Shown piece after piece: positions 50,397 through 63,500 of a stretch of 64,000 bases of DNA. The DNA is from Squalus acanthias. Its lineage: Eukaryota. The notes beneath the pieces are model-generated. The model made no database searches and was not told where the DNA came from. It saw only the letters and a list, made by a program, of their open reading frames with translations. A program made the translations under genes and the position numbers. The DNA is taken from NCBI GenBank assembly GCA_030390025.1, contig CM059433.1:18850001-18914000 (forward strand). Direction: 5' to 3'. Within the stretch, counting starts at the first letter, position 1. Each line of letters begins with the position of its first letter.

Positions 50397-50638
50397 CCCC
50401 CCCCCCCCCCCCCCCCTCCCTCTCCCTCCCCCCCCGGAAAAGGTGTGTTCTTGCTACCGATTGCTATGTAGTGACTTTGCTGAAAGTTGTGTATGTTGAT
50501 GTTGGGTGTAGCCCCGACAGTTAAATAATCTACTGACCCTCATTGCACTAGACGCAGTTATTGCCTTGAGGTGGGGAATTGCAGAACTAATTTCATGTTG
50601 CTTACTTTTTTTCTTTCTTTCTAGAAAAGTATATCAAT

Positions 50639-50722
50639 ATGTCCAAGCCCAAGCTCTATTATTTTAATGGAAGAGGAAAAATGGAGTCTATTCGCTGGCT
50701 TTTGGCAGCTGCCGGCGTTGAG
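50639..50722 (+). CDS. GSTA: Glutathione S-transferase alpha class, first coding exon
   Basis: [28 protein letters not shown]. Acceptor AG at 50623-50624, GT donor at 50723. Confidence 0.95.
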
Positions 50723-51161
50723 GTTGTGTATAAGAAGAACTGACTCTTTTTAATGTGTTGTTGTATCAAAGTTAATTCCTGTATCTAAGAATACATACAC
50801 CAGGCTAGAAACGTGCATGATATTACTGGCTCATGACCTCCAAAACCTAAGAAGACATGAATGAGTATGGGACTGGGTACACTTAGGTTAGAGTAACTAC
50901 AATTTGTGCCTCTACAGCAATGGTTTTAAAACATTTTTCTGTGTAGAATCCTTTGCAAATATTAGCATTCCCATGTACTTCCCTTCCAAAAATGTTAGCT
51001 ACCCAAAGGAAAGCAATGTTATCATTGCACAAAGCATTTTTATCAGTATATACAGCAATAACATGCTAACACAGACAACCGTCCCCCCCCCCCAGCCCAT
51101 GACTGAGGGACTCCAGTTTGAAAACATTTGCTCTAGAATACAGTTTTTAGTTGGTTACAAC

Positions 51162-51308
51162 CAATGTTCCCCCTACTTATTTTTTGGATGCGTGGTCCCT
51201 TTAACGGGCTGTGCATACCATTCACAATTTCATGCATGCACGAAATCTCCCATAGAGAAGCCAGACCTCCAGACAGCTGCGTGGCCGCGCGGCTTAGCGG
51301 GAACGTTG
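51162..51308. mobile_element. hAT-type MITE
   Basis: CAATGTTCCC...GGGAACGTTG, TSD GT(T/C)ACAAC. Confidence 0.75.
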
Positions 51309-51475
51309 GTCACAACTGACATTTAAGGAACTGCATGTCTTAAATGGCATTGGTGGTAGAATTGTTAATAATACTCCTACCATCAATATTCCAGCAATTA
51401 AAAATTAGCGAATAAAATCAGGGCTGTGCAAGAGGCCAGAATTGGAGGCGTGCAGAGATCTTGGAGGGTTGTAGG

Positions 51476-51637
51476 CAATGTTCCCCCTAATTTTTTGGGG
51501 GTGCATGGCCCTTTAACGGGCTGAGCGGCCCGTTCAAATTTCTGCGCATGCATGCTTTTTTCCATTTAAAAGCCGGTGACCGGCCTGCGCAGGACCTCCA
51601 GACCACTGTGTGGCCGCGCAACTTAATGGGAATATTG
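51476..51637. mobile_element. hAT-type MITE
   Basis: CAATGTTCCC...GGGAATATTG, perfect 8-bp TSD GTTGTAGG. Confidence 0.82.
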
Positions 51638-52314
51638 GTTGTAGGGCTGGAGGAGGTTACAGAGCTAGTGAGGGGCGAGGCCATGGAGGGATTTGAAAAC
51701 AAGGATGAGAATTTTAAAATCGAGGCGTTGCTGGACCGGGAGTTACTGAAGGGATATTTACTAGTCCTAGCCCCTTTAGGTTCAATATTTATACCCTTTT
51801 CCAGTGGTATTTCCTTTAAGGTTTTCTGCTGATGCAAGCTAATTATCGCTAGTCATTTTTCTGCCGACCTCTGCAATTCTTACTGCCACCTCAGCTGGTA
51901 GCATTACAGAATCTTGTCTCATCTCTCGGTGTTCTAAGTTTACCATATAAAAACGGTGTGACGGCAGGTGTTCCTTACTTTGTCATCTTTACGAGGGCAG
52001 ATGTTCCTTATCTTATGTGCTTCTTTAAGAAGTGTAAATTAGAACACCTTATCCAGGGTGAACCATTATTTCGTTCCCAAAAGTTCAGCTTCTTGGAGCC
52101 CTTCACCTTCTGTTTCAATAAGGTTATTTATTCAAGGTCAACAACTGTCTTATCTCAATAGCCAGAATGCTTTCATAGCTATTTCATAGTTAGGTTTCTA
52201 AATTTCCAAACCCAGTTTGTCATGTTTTAATAAGGCCAGAATTCTTTCATAAGATAGTGTATTTTTCTGAATAGGTTATATGGCTTATTCCTTCACATTA
52301 CAACTTGAGATAAA

Positions 52315-53497
52315 GGGGAAGAAATTGGAGTAGCGCCAGTTTCCAGCGTGAAATGGGTGGCATGGATTCCAGCACGCGCCTGAAGACGTAGACTCGAGGC
52401 CCAATCAAAATTGAGCCTCGGGCCTCAACTGCATTAAACTGAAGACTAGCGCATGCCAATCTATTCCACTATGGCTCGGGGTCCCTGTCCGAACTTAATT
52501 ACAGTTCCCCAAGTGTCCTCACACAACCCACATCGCCCCGCCCTCAACTCGCCTGTGCTGGCAGGTATTATCCTGCTGCAAACAATTCCAACAGAGCCTC
52601 TTGTTTACCCTGGCCGGCTCTGCTAGTCGGGGGGGAGGTACCCGAGGGTGGGGCCTCACATGGGCAGGGTTGGGGCACTCCTGCCCCCCCCCCCCCCCCA
52701 AAAAATAAAAGTTAAAAAATCTTCAGTTGTTTTTTAATGCGGCCTTCAATGATCCCTTTAAGGATGGCTGGTTAAGCTGCTTAACACGGGTACAAATGTG
52801 GGGAGCGTCAGCAGTACATGCTTGGTCTGTTTGTACCTCAGAGTTGTACGTAGAATTATAGAAATTTACAGCACGGAAGGAGGCCATTCGGCCCATCGTG
52901 TCCGCGCCAGTTGACAAAGAGCTATCCAGCCTAATCCCACCTGCCAGCTCTTGGTCCGTAGCCTTGTAGGCCACAGCACCCCAAGTGCACATCCAAGTTC
53001 TTTTTGAATGTGGTGAGAGCTTCTGCCTCTACCACCCTTTCAGGCAGTGAGTTCCAGATCCCCGCCACCCTCTGGGTGAAAAAATTTCCCCTCAAATCCC
53101 CTCTAAACCTCCAACCATTTACTTTAAATCTATGCACCCTGGTTGTTGACCCCTCTGCCAAGGGAAACAGTTCCTTCCTATCCACTCTATCTAGGCCCCT
53201 CGTAATTTTATACACCTCAATTAGGTCTCCCCTCAGCCTCCTCTGTCCCAAAGAAATCAACCCCAGCCTATCCAATCTCTCCTCATAGCTAAAATTCTCC
53301 AGTCCTCGACCCCAGTTTTCATATTACAAGTGGCCTCCTGCCTGAACTCAGCAGGTGCTCCAGCCGCACTTCTCAGGACCCGGCCCAAGTTGGCGGCGGA
53401 CTGTGCGCCAGCTTAGACAGGGTAGTAAGTTAGCCAAGGCCATTTCAGGCCATTACTGCCCCAATTATGCTAGGCGGAGGCACTTAAAATTGACCCC
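52315..53497. mobile_element. Probable Harbinger-type MITE carrying a CR1 insertion
   Basis: Ends GGGGAAGAAATT / AAAATTGACCCC (imperfect). Confidence 0.45.
52851..53305 (-). mobile_element. CR1 3' fragment
   Basis: LRGDLIEVYK...FFTQRVAGIWNSLP. Confidence 0.85.
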
Positions 53498-54746
53498 TGT
53501 TGGGTGTAGAGTTGAGCAACTACATAAAAGATCACCAGAGGACTAAGTTTAGACATTCTGAAAAGGAACTTTACGATTCCAGAGAGCTTTGCTATTATCA
53601 AGGCAAGAAATCAGTGTGGGCATGATTAACATTGTTTGCTACATTTGGTATAACTCCTGTGCAAATTTCTTTCTTGTAGTAAAGTTTGGCAGCGTGCTGC
53701 TTTTCCATTTATTGAAGAGGACAGATGCGCATGGTGGGCAATCCATGTGTGAAATAATTCAGTAAAAGAGCAATCAGTAATCCTGGAGCACACTAGCCAT
53801 TCACTCCACGAATAGGGTTATAAGTTTAGGATCACAGTAGGTCTAGTCGTGCTTATCGAATTTTTCCGTGAGCATAAATAACACTCTGGGAGAGGGCCTG
53901 AATTGTAACATGAAACTCGTGGATCTTCAATCTACAAGACAGGGGATGACCTGCCACTTGGACCCCCATACCCCTGCCATGCCCTTCCCCCTGCTATACA
54001 CTCCACTCTTTGGCTAGCACAGCATTGAACATCAGGTAGAGAATCTAGTGTTGCACTAGCCAAAGATCACAAGTAGGAGGGAGGATGTGGAAGTCCACGT
54101 CGGCTGTCTGTGAATCATCTCACAAGGGGAGTCAGGAAGGAGTGGGGAAGAGAATGTGGCGGACTTGTTGATTGCCCACTAACTGAAATATAGGGAGTAA
54201 TTTTAACTTTGGGCGATAGTGTTAAATGGGCGATATCGGATCGACTGCCCGTTATACATCTGTCAATGGAAAGGAAAATTGGTCGTGGTGCATATTGGAT
54301 GGCTAATTCGATATCCCCCATTTTACACCATCACCTGCAGTTAAAATGACCCTCCTAGAGCATAAATAGACAACAGAAAAATTAGTGAATTCTTAATTTG
54401 TTTTTCTGAACATGTTGCAGAAGCTGTATTACAGTCTTTGGAGGGATTAATGATTCTCTAAAGTCCCCACAATGAAGTGGTTAATAATTGAAGACTCTCG
54501 TGATTAGGCTGTACGTTGTACGGCTTCAGGAGTTCAAAATAACAACAAATGTTAGAAAACGCTTTGTCAACAGAATTTTGACAGTGCAAGCTGTCAGTTT
54601 TAGATGTTTGGGTATAAAATTCATAATGCTCACTATACATCCATACAGCTCGGGAAAGAAAACATTTAAAAAAGTTGGAAACAAAACTGATGATCTGCAT
54701 GTTTGAGATATTTTACCAAGTATCTTGTGCTAATTATTTATTTCAG

Positions 54747-54798
54747 TTTGAGGAAGAATACCTTGAGACCAGGGAACAGTATGAAAAGCTACTGAAAG
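54747..54798 (+). CDS. GSTA: GSTA second coding exon (52 bp)
   Basis: FEEEYLETREQYEKLLK+G with AG/GT boundaries. Phase is consistent with the neighbouring exons. Confidence 0.93.
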
Positions 54799-55287
54799 GT
54801 ATGAAGACTACTAAAAGATAGTGGAGTAGAAATGAGTAGGCTTTGTGCCTGTTTTTCAGGCATAACATGGGTGCAAAGCATACCAATTTAGCAGTGGGAC
54901 AGCTTGCGCCCAATCTGCGCAGGCGTTGGTCCAGCTGCTAAATTCGCGGGGCCCTTTTGTTTTAGGTATCCTGGGCGGCTGGGCAAGTTTAGTCTCTACA
55001 AAGACAGACCAATTTCTAATGATCCTCGGGCCTCCCTCTTCAGGTACGAAAACGGGCCCAGGTGAAAATTTACCCCAATGTCAGGAGCGTCTCTCTCATA
55101 CATTTTACATTCGGTACTCTTCAACATTTTATCTTGCCTGTAATTTTTTTCTAATGAGGTTTTTTTTAATGAAAATAATTTTCTGTAACTTTAATGCATT
55201 ATTTTTTCAACTGTTTATAACTTTTTATGTAAACAAAAAAACAAAAATTGGTCCCTAAAATGTATTTGGTTTTGTTCCTTTCGACAG

Positions 55288-55420
55288 ATGGAGCTCTACT
55301 ATATGAGCAGGTGCCAATGGCTGAAATTGATGGAATGAAATTGGTCCAGACCAATGCTATTTTGAACTACATAGCAGCAAAACACAATCTTTACGGAAAA
55401 GATATCCAGGAAAGAGCACT
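55288..55420 (+). CDS. GSTA: GSTA third coding exon (133 bp)
   Basis: [45 protein letters not shown] with AG/GT boundaries. Confidence 0.95.
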
Positions 55421-55727
55421 GTATGTCAAACTAGTACAATTCTTCCTTTTCATTTGAGAATTTGATGATGTTAAAATGAAAACCGAACTATACTATTAAT
55501 TGCGCTCTAGAACACTCGAGGACTTGAGCGTATAATCAAGGCCAATAACACTGTGCAGTACTGAGGGAGTGCTGCATTGTTGGAGGTGCCGCCCTTTGGA
55601 TTAATGTTAAAATGAAAGCAGTAGTTCAGGTGGATGTTAAAGTTGAAGGAGTTGACTGGATAAGTTGGAAATAGTCTATCTTTTAGGCAACTGTTCATAA
55701 ACAGTGAAATATAATAGAGCAATGTTA

Positions 55728-56692
55728 GGGGGTTATTTTGGCCAAAGGGTGAAAACAGGCGCTAAATGGGTGCTGTGCTAATAAGAAACGCCTGTTTGAG
55801 AGTGTGGATTTAGCGCACAATTTTCAGGCTAATTGATGATTATCATAATTTAAATGTGAATGCAGGCGACATCTGCAGGCTTAGCACTCAAGCGTTGACT
55901 AGATGCAATTTTCCTGCAGCTATACATGTAGCCTGCACTCGCTCAATTCCACTGATGGTGTGGAGTGGGCTGACTGAGACACAGCGGCAGGTTTCAAGGT
56001 GGTTCAGGGACCCAGTGAGAGGCCGCACAGGTTCTCGGACGTGGCACTGGACTGGAGGGATGTCTCGTACCCGCCCTCCTGTCCCTCTCTCCTGCAACAG
56101 CTGGTGCTGCTCCGCCTGGCCCCATGCCCTCCTCTCATTCCTCCTGCATACCAAGGGGGACCCCCCAGCAAGATGCCGATGACCAAGTACTCGTTCCTGG
56201 TGACTCCTATAAGGTAGAGCAGCACAGCACTCACTCTTTTTAGGTGAAGTCCTCTGAGAATTTCCAGAATAAATGTTGATAAGAGTGTTGGTGAAGTCTT
56301 GACAAAGTGTCCCAGAAAGTTTTCTGATGTGTTTCAAAAGTCCTCTTCAAAGCTCCAGCAGCAAGTGAAGATTAAAAGTTGATAGACCTTTAAGTAGCAC
56401 TCAAATTCCTCTGCAGCGACTAGTTTACTCCCAATCAGCTGGTCGCTGTTAGGAGAGGGCGTCAGGCCAAGCGCTAGTCACCAAAATGACGTGCAGCCTC
56501 TTTAATGAGTGCTAGTAAGTAATTTAATTGTCAGTCAGCCCCTCAACGATCCTCCGGGCAGCCATTCCTGGCGCGTGCTTCAACTCTTTACCAAGATGGC
56601 GTCTTACGCTAAACTGGCGTTTCAGCTTAAGACCCCATCTTGGCCACCTTGGAGGCTCTTTAGTGGGTAAAGTATCCGGGTAGAATCACCCC
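55728..56692. mobile_element. Degraded Harbinger-derived non-autonomous element
   Basis: Ends GGGGGTTATTTT / AGAATCACCCC (imperfect TIRs). Internal sequence loosely resembles the transposase 5' region. Confidence 0.45.
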
Positions 56693-56739
56693 TTCATCTT
56701 TACAAAGACAGACTTGGTATAGAATTTACAGTATCCTGT

Positions 56740-57350
56740 AGTAGGTCCTCATAAAGCTAAGTACTGATGAGGGAGGCCATTTGGCCCATTTAGCTCATCC
56801 TTTTATAGAAACCTGTGATTCCACGCCATCACAACTAGCTGCTTCATGAATGACACTAGAATTTGTGCCTCCAATGTCCTACCCAGAAGACTATTGGTCA
56901 ATATTTGTGTAAAGTGCTTTCTGACATCAGTCCTGAGCTTGCCTTTTACCAGTTTGTAACTGTGTCCCTTTGTCCTACAGTTGTGCTTTAACTTGGAATC
57001 GTGGTCTAAATTAACCTTTACCACCCCACTTAGTATCTTTTTTAAGATTGCCACTCATTCGCCTCCTTCCAAGTCTGCAGAGTTCAAGCTTTTGCAGCAT
57101 TTCCTTAAAACTCAGTCCTCTGACACTTGGAATCAGATTCTTGGTCCCCTCTGCACCACTTCCAGGACTTGTAGATTTCTCTTGCCTCAGTGATTGGACT
57201 TTGTCAAAGTGCGGCCTGACCAGAGCACTGTGTAGCTTCAGCATGGCAGCGTCAGACTTGTACTCTACTGATTTGGCTATGCAGCTTACAATTTTGTTTT
57301 TACCAGGACTGAATTGTGAAGCTTTGGACACAGAGGTCAGTGGGCCTCTT
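56740..57350 (-). mobile_element. Degraded CR1
   Basis: LKLHSALVRPH and RTKGHSYKLVK motifs. Confidence 0.75.
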
Positions 57351-58847
57351 TAGCATTAAAATTAGTGGGAGTGCAAATTCGTCAAATCTGTCCCAATATT
57401 TTTATATCTAATTACAAAATAAACAAACCATTGTTGCAATACAAAAATCTACTACCTGATTTCTGTATCAGCTTCCTGTAATGTTCCCTGTTTTTCCGTC
57501 TTTAAGTTTGTGTTGCAACAATTTGAATTGCGAGATGGCATTCAGCATTGAAAAGTGCTGCCAATTATTTCCTTGGCAACATTTCAAGACGAGTAAGTTC
57601 AGACCTGTCTGTGTGCACAGCGTGAGAAGAAGTGGTCAAACGACTGCTGCAGCATTGCTTTCTTTTCTCATTTGCTTTGGCAGTTTATTTCGCCACAAAT
57701 GAGAAGAATGTTATTCCTTCTCTGCAGAACTAATCCCAATACCACCAGAAGCCGATTAACTGATCATTCATTTCATTGCTGTTTCTAAGATCTTGCGTAG
57801 AAAGTGACTGACGGGTTCACCCAGGTAACAACAGTGACTATATTTCGAAGTAATCCATTGTATATAAAGTGCTTTGGGACACTTGAGAGACGTGGAGGTA
57901 GACATTCATCTTGGGCGGTAGTGCGAAACAGACAGCATGGCCTGGGCCGCCAGTTATACGCGCTGCCTGATGCTCAGTTCCATCTCCAGGTCAATGGAAC
58001 TGAATATCAGGTGGGGCGTATAGGGGGGTGGCCCAGGCAATACCACCCGTTTTGCACTACTGCCCAAGACGAGCTTCTATCCCGTGATCTCTTCAGTTCC
58101 AGACTTCGGGTCAGGTGTTGTTCATGGTGTACTTTGGTATTCACCAAGTTATGGAGGTCTTCCCTGTTGGATAATGAAAAATGGCCGATAATCAAGTCTT
58201 CCCAGCAGCATTTCCCTCTATTGATGCTTCTCATAACCAGATGAGCTGGTAGAGGTTATTTTCATGTAATAATATAAAAATGCTCTATTTTAGCATGTCA
58301 CCTTGTTGAAACTTAAATAGCAGAACTCCTCTTCATTCTGTCCTATAGTTTAGGCAGGATCTCCTCTCCCTGCAGTTGGCTGTCTTTTTTGTAACTCTCA
58401 TGCAGCACTGCACTAGCTTGTAGGTGTTTATGTCTCTCTTATCCCCTGCTTCACAGACAGGGGGTTGTCTGATGGCGTCCATTAGGCCCTGGCACTATTT
58501 TAAATTTGTGTCCCAAAGTTGGCGCTGATGCCAGTCTCACCAGGGAAACCCAGCACCAAGGAGCAGCAGGCCCAGAATAGGGTCGAGAACTTGAATGTAA
58601 AATCCTTTTTCTTTTGATTTCCATGTGAGCCAGGAGCAGGAATGTCCCTCGGGGCCCCACTTGGAAACCTAAGACCACCCCTGCCATGGACTCCACCCAC
58701 TGCCCCCTTTCTTCCTCCCGCCCGCCCCCCCCCCGTGATTGTCTCCAGAAACCCCGCCTTAACTTTGCTGGGGACTGTTCCCACCGGACCCCAGTAATGG
58801 GTTCCTGCCACTCTTGCATGCACCCGCCCACTGTCGCCACATTATTG

Positions 58848-59375
58848 ACAGATTTATTAGTAACTATCTTGTATTTATGGCCTCTAGTTATTGATTCTTC
58901 CACAAGTGGAAACATTCTCTCCACGTCTACCCTGTCCAACCCATTTATAATTTTAAAGACCTCAATCAGGTCACCTCTAAGTCTTCTCTCTTCTAAAGAA
59001 AAAAGCCCCAACTTGTTCAGTCTTTCCCGATAGCTGTAATCTCTCAGTTCTGGTACCATCTTTGTAAATCTTTTATGCACTTTCTCCAGTGTTTCTATGT
59101 CCTTTTTATAGTATGGAGACCAGAATTGTGCACAGTACTCTAGAAGTGCGGCCTGACAAAGGTCCTATACAAGTTTAACATAACTTCACCACTTTTGAAT
59201 TCTATACCCCTAGAAATAAATCCCAGTGCTATGTTAACATTTTTAATTGCTTTGATGACCTGCGATGCTGCTTTTATTGATTTGTTCACCTGTGTCCCTA
59301 GATCCCTTTGTTCTTCTACCCCATTCAGTTTCTTATTTTCTAAGATGTAGGTGCTGTTTCTGTTTTTCCTACCAA
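58848..59375 (-). mobile_element. CR1 fragment
   Basis: EEQRDLG...NLYRTFVRPH; LGLFSLEERRLRGDLIEVFK...TRGHKYK. Confidence 0.85.
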
Positions 59376-59719
59376 TTAGATCAGTGAAAAAAGATACACC
59401 ATTATCGGCAAGAAATCTCAAGGATATTCAAGAATATTGAAAATGAGAGCATGGATAATTGAGGTTATATTATACATTGAGAAACTGTTGTTTACAATAG
59501 TGATGTATGTGTGTGTTTCACAAGATTATCTATAATGTAATTGGGATGCATTAAAACAAGTTTGGGGATCCTGAGCCTATTCAAACAAACCAACACAGGA
59601 GCACATAATGATCTACCCTTGTTTAATGGCAAAGAAAGTATATCAGTAACATTCTAAAACTTCAGTAAGTATTGTTGCATGGAAACTAATTGGACTTCTT
59701 TTAATCTTTTTCATCACAG

Positions 59720-59861
59720 AATTGACATGTATGCAGAGGGAGCCAAAGATCTGATGGTTCTTATAATGCATCGTCCATTCCTTCCTTCTGCAGAAAAGGA
59801 GAGTAGCCTTGCAATGATAAAAAAGAAGGCCAAAAATAGATACTTTCCAGCGTTTGAAAAG
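59720..59861 (+). CDS. GSTA: GSTA fourth coding exon (142 bp); remaining exons lie beyond the window
   Basis: [47 protein letters not shown] with AG/GT boundaries. Phase is consistent. Confidence 0.95.
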
Positions 59862-60232
59862 GTACTCAACTGTTAGAGCAGGAGAATAATGTTAAACAAG
59901 ATAACTTTATCTTTGAGTGGCCTGCACAAAGGTCCTACACCAAGAAACATGTAAAATTATAGGGGCGTTAGAGTGAATGATACAGGTGGAACTTAATCGG
60001 CATTCAGACAACATCCAGACCCATGAGAATTTGGATCCTGAGTAAATTCAGACTTACTACTTACCATTCACAATTCTAAAAATATATTGATTTCATGTCA
60101 AAAATAATGAATAGTTAGGAGACAAGAACAGAAAATACTGGAAATGCACTGCAGGCTACTTGGCATGTGAGTGAGAAAGATAGGTTTGCATTTCAGAGGG
60201 CACCCTTCACAGGATAATATTAAACCACTTAT

Positions 60233-60425
60233 AAAAAAAAAAAAGACTTGCATTTATATAGTGTCTTTCATGTCCACCGGACGTCCCAAAGCGCTTCACA
60301 GCCAATGAAGTACTTTTTTGAATTGTAATCACTGTTGTAATGTAGGAACCGCGGCAGCCAATTTGCGCACAGTAAGCTCCCACAAACAGCAATGTGATAA
60401 TCTGTTTTTTAGATGTTAATTGAGA
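60233..60425 (-). mobile_element. SINE 3' half
   Basis: Reverse complement of the SINE tail at 18543-18666. Confidence 0.8.
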
Positions 60426-61272
60426 GATTATTATTTCACTAAAATTAGAGAATGGAGGAAAAGATAATCCATGAGGGGTACAAGATGGCAGCTTGGGAAT
60501 ATTTTTTATTTCCTGAGAAATGCAGCAAAGGTGAACTTGGCAGCTCAGTGGAATGGGGAGCACCATAATTTTTTTAAATCTTTAGTGAGGCAATTCAGCT
60601 TGAAAGTGTGGCAATCCTTTGGAAAGAGTGATAATTAATAGAATCATTTTTTAATCCATTTATCTTCATCATCATATTCCCAGACTACGTCTGATTATGT
60701 TTGCTCTAACATGGCACAGTTGTCAGCTCAGTTGCTGTTCAGAAAGATATACTAGCACAGTAGGATCGCAGCACCATTTAATTCCTGTTTAATGTTTGCT
60801 GCTTTCTCCATTTAATGTCTGTGCAAGCCAATTCCCACAAATCAAGATGGCTTTGTGTACAAGAACTTTCTATCACCCCATGTCTTTTAATAGGCTAGTC
60901 TTATCCTGTTTCTTGTTTTGTATTCTCTGACTGTGTCGGGTATTCTGGCTGCAAGACCTTTATACGTTACAGCTCACTCTGTTCCGTTCTGTGTGGTGTT
61001 ATCAGCATAATTTCATTTTATTATGGTATGTCCAACAATTATCCCTGCTGTGCTCAGTTTTGGCTAGTTTCCAAGGTACTTCATATTGCAATTATTTCTC
61101 TTCATCTGTGTGTCTTGCGTAGCATTTGGCAGAAGAGATGTCTGTATATTTTGTTTATTTTAATGCTTTAATTTCTACCCTTAGTATTAGATTGGAATAT
61201 CAGTCTGATATTAACCTGTTTATACAAGTGCTTGATAATGTATCTGCAGGCTAACGTCACAGCTATGATCAT

Positions 61273-63372
61273 ATCATAGAATCATAGAAATTTACAGCAC
61301 AGAGAGAGGCCATTTGGCCCATCGTGTCCGTGTTGGCCGACAAGAGTTCTCCAGCCTAATCCCACTTTTCCAGCTCTTGGTCTGTAGCCCTGTAGATTAC
61401 GGCACTTAAGTGCACATCCAAGTACTTTTTAAATGTGGTGAGGGTCTCTGCCTCTACCACCCTTTCAGGCAGTGAGTTCCAGACCCCCGCCACCATCTGG
61501 GTGAAAAAAGCTCTCCTCAACTCCCCTGTAAGCCTTCTACCAATTATTATAAACCAATGCCCCCTGGTTATTGACCTCTCTGCTAAGGGAAATAGGTCCT
61601 TCCTATCCACTCTATCTAGACCACTCATAATTTTATACACCTCACTTAAGTCTCCCCTCAGCCTCCTCTCTTCCAAAGAAAACAACCCCAGCCTATCCAA
61701 ATTTTCCTCATAGCTAAAATTCTCCAGTCCTGGCAACATCCTTGTAAATCCCCCCTCTACCCTCTCTAGTGCAATCACATCTTTCCTGTAATATGGTGAC
61801 CAGACCTGCACGCAGTACTCTAACTGCGGCCTAACTAGTGTTTTATACCGTTCTAGCATAACCTCACTGCTATTCTATGCCTCGGCTAATAAAGGAAAGT
61901 ATCCCGTATGCCTTCTTGACCACCTTATCTACTTGTCCTGCTACCTTCAGGGATCTGTGAACATGCACTCCAAGGTCTCTCTGTTCATCTACACTTCTGA
62001 GTATCCTACCATTTATTGTGTATTCCCTTGCCTTGTTAGCCCTCACCAAATGCATTAACTCTCTCTTCTCCAGATTGAATTCCATTTGCCACTTTTCTGC
62101 CCACCTGACCAGTCCATTGATATCTTCCTGCAGTTTATAGATTTCTTTCTATCAACCACACGGCCAATTTATGTATCGCCTGCAAACTTCTTAATCACAC
62201 CTCCTACATTGAAGTCTAAATCATTGATATATACACTAGTACTGAGCCCTTCGGAATCCCACTCGAAACAGCCTTCTAGTCACAAAAGCAACCGTCGACC
62301 ATTACCCTTTGCTTCCTGCCACTGAGCCAATTTTGGATCCAACTTGCCACTTTCCCTTGGATCCCATGGGCTTTTACTTTTCTGACCAATCTGCCATGTG
62401 GAACCTTGTCAAAAGCCTTGCTAAAATCCATGTAGATTACATCAAAAGCACTACCCTCATCAACCCTACATTATTACTTCCTCAAACAATTTAATCAAGT
62501 TAGTCAGACACGACCTTCCCTTAACAAATCCATGCTGACTGTCCTTGATTAATCCGTGCCTTTCTAAATGACGATTAATACTGCCCCTCAGAATTTTTTC
62601 CAATAATTTTCCCACCACCGAGGTTAGGCTGACTGGCCTGTAATTACTTGGTCTATCCCGTTCTCCCTTTTTAAACAACGGTACAACGTTAGCAGTCATC
62701 CAGCACCACACCTGTAGCCAGAGAGGATTGGAAAATTTTGGTTAGAGCCTCCGCTATTTCCTCCCTTGCTTCTCTTAACAGCCTGGGATACATTTCAATA
62801 GGGCTTGGCAATTTTTCTACTTTCAAAGATGCTAAACCCCTTAATATTTCTTCTCTCGCTATGTTTATCTCATCTAATATTTCACACTCCTCCTCCTTAA
62901 CTACAATGGCTGCATCTTCCCTCTCTCTTTTGTGAAGACAGATGCAAAGTATTCATTGAGAACCATACCCATGTCTTCCGCCTCCAAACACAGGTTACCT
63001 TTTTGGTCTCTAATAGGCTGTACTCTTTCTTTAGTTATCCTCTTGCTCTTTTTGTATTTATCAAACATCTTGGGTTTTCCTTGATTTTACTTGCCAATAT
63101 TTTTTCATGCTCTCTTTGCTTTCCTGTTTTCCTTTTTAATTTCACCCCCTCACTTTCTATATCCCTTAAGGCTTTCTGCAGTATTTAGCTCTCAGTATCT
63201 GGCATAAGCTTCCCTTTTTTTTGCCTGTATCCTACCCTGTATTCCCCATGACATCCAGGGGGCTCTAGATTTGGGAGTCCCACCCTTTTTCTTTGTGGGA
63301 ACATATTTGCTCTGAACCCTCACTATCTCCTCCTTGAATGCCTCCCACTGCTCTGACACTGATTTACCTTCA
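61273..63372 (-). mobile_element. Long degraded CR1 LINE
   Basis: ANVVPLFKKG...NYRPVSLTS...QHGFVKGRSCLTNL; LVRPQLEYCVQ; RGH...WNSLP. Confidence 0.9.
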
Positions 63373-63414
63373 TTTGACTACTGAAGTTTGACAGCATGAT
63401 TCATTCTGTTCTTG

Positions 63415-63500
63415 GGCGTGAGCCTTGGGCACGGTGGTAGCATTCCCGCCTCTGGGCCAGAAGGTGCAGGGTTCGAACCCCACTCCAGACAGTCCCGGCG
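63415..63500 (+). mobile_element. tRNA-like SINE head
   Basis: A-box-like GGCACGGTGG and B-box GGTTCGAACCC. Not a complete cloverleaf. Confidence 0.55.

Noticed and set aside
49765..50499. Long poly-X/poly-Pro ORFs
   Set aside because: Artefacts of the N gap and the adjacent poly-C, which is itself likely a sequencing artefact.
63415..63490. tRNA gene
   Set aside because: It has A/B boxes but no convincing cloverleaf, so a SINE head is more likely.
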